Shown here one piece after another: positions 51,917 through 57,059 of a DNA stretch of 57,059 nt. Below the pieces are notes generated by a model. That model ran no database searches. It was given only the letters and a program-made list of their open reading frames with translations, and was not told the DNA's origin. Source of the DNA: Octopus bimaculoides (taxonomy: Eukaryota). The stretch spans positions 177,582,263 through 177,639,321 of the forward strand of contig NC_068981.1 of the NCBI RefSeq assembly GCF_001194135.2, read 5' to 3'. Made by a program: the position numbers and the translations under genes. Numbering within the stretch: the stretch's first letter is position 1; each line of letters opens with the position of its first letter.

Positions 51917-53439
51917 ACACACATGGGCTTTGGGCCTACCGTCGTAGGTGCTCCGTCGTGATATACGGCGTGTCTTATGCGTTCTGAAACGTGGCCTGGT
52001 TGAACGCATTCCACTCAGCTGATTTCTTCGAGAAAGAAAGGGTGAAGGACAGATAGACAGAAAGAGAAAAATCTATCTCAGCACAGGAATTTCATTTGTC
52101 GACCTTAAAAAGTCGTCCTCAATGGGATTTGAACTCGACTCAGAGCGCCAGAACGTTTACTGCAAAACAACCTGTCGAACGCTCACGACTCTGCCAATTT
52201 GACTCTTTCTCTATGCCTGTCTGCGTTACTCTGGTTCTCCTTTATGTAGGTAGTGTCTTGACAGCTTTTCTAATCCGTCATATTCCTGTTTTATATCCGA
52301 ATTTAGTTTTTAATCTCACCAACCCAACACACACGTTTTGTTTATATTCATGCCTCTGACCACTCTGAGTTACTTCTTTAGCTCATGTTTTTAAACGATG
52401 TAAATTACTCTAGTCCCATAAATATTTTCTACTCTTTGTATAGACACTAGAGTTAAAGGTAGAATAATTTCTGTGTTGATGATGTTTATTGAAGCAGATA
52501 CACGTATCCATAGTTGTCTCCTTGTCTGTAGAAACCAGACTAGCATTTCCTTTATAACATATCAATTTCGGAGAATTCTTGATTCTTGAGATGATCTTTG
52601 CTTCTCGTTTTGCAACCAATTGCTTATTCTTCTCTTGAAGGGAAGATAATTTCAATGAACCAAGAATTTATCTCCATATGGCATTTGATGTACATTTACT
52701 CATCTTTATTATCCATATTCAGGCTAATGTCCCCTTATTACTCTCAGCTCGTGTTCTCTTAAATCATTCATACGCACACAGACTCACACACGATGGTTTC
52801 GTGCAGTTTCTGTTTATCAATTTTCTCTCAGAGGGCATTGTTCAGTGTGAAGTTATAATAGAAGGCACTTACCCAAGGTGCCACACTGTTGGAACGAACC
52901 TGAAATCACGTAGTTGCAAAGCGGCGTGTGTAACAAACTCAATAAACTGTACTGACAGGGTGCCCATATTAACGGACCGTCTGAGTTAACAGAGGGACGT
53001 TACTTATATTGAATTATGTACACGAAACAGGATATATATACACTGCACATTGAACCTCATAAACCAAACAAAAAAATTACAGAAAATACTGGGAACATCA
53101 AAATGGCTCATCTCTTTTACTTCTTTCAATCATTAGACTGCGGCCATGCTGGGGCACCTGAAAAGTTGACAAATGAGTAGTAAGCTCTATATGGTATTAA
53201 ATGAAGAGGAGAGAAGAAGAAAACTAGTCATTATGAGTTAAACACCTATGATAATCCCTCATTCTTGTTTCCAGTTCGTAGACTTTTGAGATGACTGAAG
53301 AAAGACTGAGTCAATTAGCCGGTGGGTAACTAATATCAGCAAGTTTGGGGTAAATTGTTTTGAAGAATAAGGTAAGTTTACTGATACTGTTTGTAGATAG
53401 TGAGTCCCTTTAAGCCTCTAAGATGTAGATAATATTGTT

Positions 53440-54000
53440 GAATATCAGTTTCTCTTGATAAGTTAATCTATGAAATGACATTACCAAAATATTTTCGTAT
53501 AACAGATATTTGGGGGCTTCTTCATCATCTTCACTATCTCCGATGTCATCTATGCGAGAACTTCATCAGCTATTTCGTCTTCTGTTAATACACTTGTAAC
53601 CACAGTCATCCTTTGAGTCTTCTAGTCAGGTTCTGATGTCTTCTGTAACATTCGTCTGCTGAATGAAATATTGCACACTTGACGTTATAGTTGTAAATGC
53701 TACTGAGAGTTCTTTGTCCTTGTCTGTCTTTCCTAATAATGTCCTCTTCAATCATCATGAGAACAACATCCAAAATCATTGATGGTATAATCTCTTGCAT
53801 GCAACAACTATATTCATTGATTGGATCGCGGAAAAAAAACATTTGAGTGACAAGATCATGCACCGTACTTTACCATCATCATTGACAAGCTGGTGACCAC
53901 CTGCTTGAGTAAGTGCATGTTCCAAAATTAGTAATGCCTTCACCTAATCAGCAGTATTTCAGAAATGAAATTGGAGAAGAAGAAAAAAAACAACAAAAAA
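53440..54000 (-). mobile_element. pogo/Tigger-like (DDE_1) transposase remnant
   Basis: KALLILEHAL...LVNDDGKVRCMIL...IQSMNIVVACKRLYHQ resembles KALLILDNAPxH...CxFLPPNTT..QPMD..I...KxxY, followed by an acidic tail. Confidence 0.7.
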
Positions 54001-54611
54001 ATCATTAAAAATATGTTTGCTCATCCTTAATTTCTAAGAATGATAATAATGCATAACTGGTTCATTATTTGTTTCAAAATTCATGGTCACGCTGACCTCA
54101 CTACCACCACCATCACCACCACCACCATGGACTTCAACTGATGCATACCGTCTGCCTGCGTTCGTGCAACACAATGCCAAAGAAACGTTTCTTACTTAAT
54201 GTACAACAAAGAGGATCCATTCTGAAAAACTTTTGGTATTCCAGGATAGGGGCCACCGATACAGTAACATCCTCAAATACACTCTTGGGAAATTAGGAGC
54301 CTTTCTCATTTAGATTATATAATCTCTTGAGTGGTTTGCTTTTTTTTAATTGATACACTGTCTGCTTCACATGGGTAATTTTTTACTTTATTCTATGACA
54401 ATTTTGAAATCGCTATAACTACCCAACACTAACTTCAAAATTTTTGATGCCCATAATGCCCGGTTAGCTCGACAGTATGTACTAAGGAAGTTATTACTAC
54501 AAGATCATTGATGACTAAACCATTTCATTATCCCCAAGATTTTTGCATTTTGCCATTCTCTTATACTTCTTTGCACCAACAGATTATGATTTAGAATTTG
54601 CATGAACAGTG

Positions 54612-54995
54612 TAGGTGCAGGAGTGGCTGTGTGGTAAGTAGCTTACCAACCACATGGTTCCGGGTTCAGTCCCACTGCGTGGCACTTTGGGCAAGTGTCT
54701 TCTACTATAGCCTCGGGCCAACCAAAGCCTTGTGAGTGGATTTGGTAGACGGAAACTGAAAGAAGACCGTCATATATATTAATATGTATATATATATGTG
54801 TGTGTGTTTGTCCCCCCAACATCGCTTGACAACCAATGCTGGTGTGTTTACGTCCCTGTCACTAAGCAGTTCGCCAAAAGAGACCGATAGAATAAATACT
54901 AGGCTTACAAAGAATAAGTCCTGGGGTCGATTTGCTCAACTAAAAGGCGGTGCTCCAGCATGGCCGCAGTCAAATGACTGAAACAAGTAAAAGAG
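54612..54995 (+). mobile_element. SINE family B, full length, young-looking
   Basis: A-box-like tggctgtgtgg and B-box-like ggttcagtcc, a central (TA)n(TG)n tract, and retained CpGs. Confidence 0.93.
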
Positions 54996-55389
54996 TATAT
55001 TAAAAAAACAAAAACGCAGCCAGTTACCTTTCCTTCTATCTAAAACTGTTTGCTTTTTAGCATCATATTCTATGCTAGCTTGAAGCACCTACCTCTAACT
55101 TCCTTAGAAGTTCCAGCTTCTGATTTACAGTTAGAGACTTGCTTGTCTTTAGACAAGTCATTGGCAACCTGCAACTCGTGAGACTTTATGAATGGCACGC
55201 CAAATGAAAAATTACCTTCAATTGCTTTAGTAGTGCGGCTTGCCTAATGATTGGCCATGTCTCATGCACCCAGTGTCTCAAAAAAGTTTGACAATGCCTG
55301 CTTCAAATTATTACCCCCACCTCAACATAAATACATCAACATGTCTAAAGAAATCTTTTAGGAGAGCATCCTGCGAACTAAATATACAT

Positions 55390-55740
55390 ACCTGTTTCAG
55401 TCATTGGACTGTGGCTATACTGGGGCGCCACTTTGAAGTCGAACAAATCAACCCAATACTTATTGTTTTAAAGGGTGGGGCTTATTCTGTCCATTCTAAG
55501 TTATAGAGATGTATTCAAACCAAAGCAGGTCATTGGGGAAGGGGGGCAAGCACAAGCATGAAGACACACACATACATATACATATATATGACAGGCTTCT
55601 TTCAGTTTCCGTCTACCAAATCCATTCACAAGGTTTTGGTCAGCTGGAGACTATAGTAGCAAACAGTTGCTCAAGGTGCCACGAAGTAGACTGAACCCGG
55701 AACTATGTAGTCTGGAAGCAAACTTCTTACCACACAACCA
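55390..55740 (-). mobile_element. SINE family B, diverged, internally deleted
   Basis: Both halves are recognisable in reverse complement. Confidence 0.8.
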
Positions 55741-56752
55741 TGTAGTAGAATCTCACATATGTAATATAGATAGTTAATATTGTTGAATATCAGTTTCTCT
55801 TGATAAATTAATCTATGAAATGACATTACCAAAATATAGTAGAATCTCACATATATAATATAGACAGTTAAAAAAATTTTCCGTTAAGATTATCCACGCA
55901 CGTAGTAGACTAAAATTCTAGCAAATTAACAAGGGAGATAACTCCAATAATAGCCAATTGAAATTTATTAGTTAATCCAGCCAATCTAAAAAATCTTAAG
56001 AAATATAATCATCTCTCATCTGCACAATATTTATTTTCCAAAAATTTCATTTGGCCGACAGTGTTGGCATTATCTTCCTTGGATATTTTAAGGATTTTCT
56101 TTAAAAAACAAATCTAGAAGATATCTTAGTCTACTGATAGCATACATTAAACTCAGTTAAACGAAGTTTTTCAACTCACTACGTTACATTTATAAGAAGC
56201 AATCGTGTGAATATTGCCAATTGTTCCCCTAGGGGTATTTTTCCTCAGCCCTATTATATGTATGTGTGTGTGTGTGTTTAAGTATGCACGTATATAATAT
56301 ATATGGGATAAAACAGCATTTAAGGAGACTGATGGTGGTCTGCATCTGCACAACACATAAATTGGAAAAACCGAGAGAAAGAGTGCAGTGGAATTGCCAT
56401 GGTGAATAAAATGCCCAACGTTTTGGACAGAACCTTTTTTCAGGGTTAAAATTGGCAGCAGGGAAAATAGAAAAATAATAGTTTTACAATTGCATTGTGT
56501 GAACGACTGGCTACAACTATATGTATCGATTTGGTTTTATAAACAAACAAGCAAAATGGAACTCATGTAAATCAGTGCATGCACGTGTGTATGTGTGTGG
56601 ATGTATATATGTATGTATATATATAAAGAATAAAGAGAAAATGGAGAAGTAATTAATAAAATATTATTTATTAATTGTAAAAAATATGACAACCGTTAAC
56701 GGTTTATAGCCGTTAACTCAACATCTATTTTTAATTGGTATATCCTTACTAC

Positions 56753-56834
56753 CTCTGAAGAGATTCATCTTATAATGATTTTAATTTTATAAATTAATTA
56801 TCTAAAGATTACTGACTCGAAACAGCTGTCAGAG
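56753..56834 (+). ncRNA. type I hammerhead motif with long helix II and palindromic helix III
   Basis: CT-CTGAAGA-GATTC...(AT-rich hairpin)...GACTC-GAAA-CAGCTG-T-C-AGAG. Intact core, perfect palindrome ACAGCTGT and a GUC triplet; helix I is only 2 bp and helix II has one mismatch. Confidence 0.75.
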
Positions 56835-57026
56835 ATGTTGTTATATTTTTTTATAATTAATGAATAATATTTTATTAATTACCTCTCCATTTTCTCCTTA
56901 TTCTTTAAATATATAAATATATGAACCATGGTTTATATGGTTACCTTATAGGTGGACTGGTAACTAACCAGTATTTTCATTGGATTTATTATCCCTTAAT
57001 GAAGTTTATAACCTTTACTTGAATGT

Positions 57027-57059
<33 letters not shown>

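Overview
AT-rich, microsatellite-rich animal genomic DNA from a gapped draft assembly (five N runs). It is most likely octopus (coleoid cephalopod); this is inferred from recognising the SINE/RTE repeat families, not from a search. There is no long intact ORF, rRNA, tRNA or CRISPR array. The window reads as large intron/intergenic sequence packed with decayed mobile elements: RTE, CR1-like, R2/NeSL-like and Penelope-like retroelements, a Gypsy integrase remnant, several Tc1/mariner, pogo/Tigger and MITE remnants, and at least four SINE-like families. A few short splice-flanked segments may be exons of an unidentified host gene, probably on the minus strand, with a candidate start exon near 49.3 kb. 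The most notable signal is invisible in the ORF track: eight minimal type I hammerhead-ribozyme motifs (plus one weaker candidate) from four or more unrelated repeat families. One family has a 374-bp tandem unit, and its copies show compensatory changes in helix II and in the palindromic helix III. This suggests Penelope pseudo-LTRs or a retrozyme-like, possibly circRNA-producing family. Most copies carry at least one core substitution and may be inactive.
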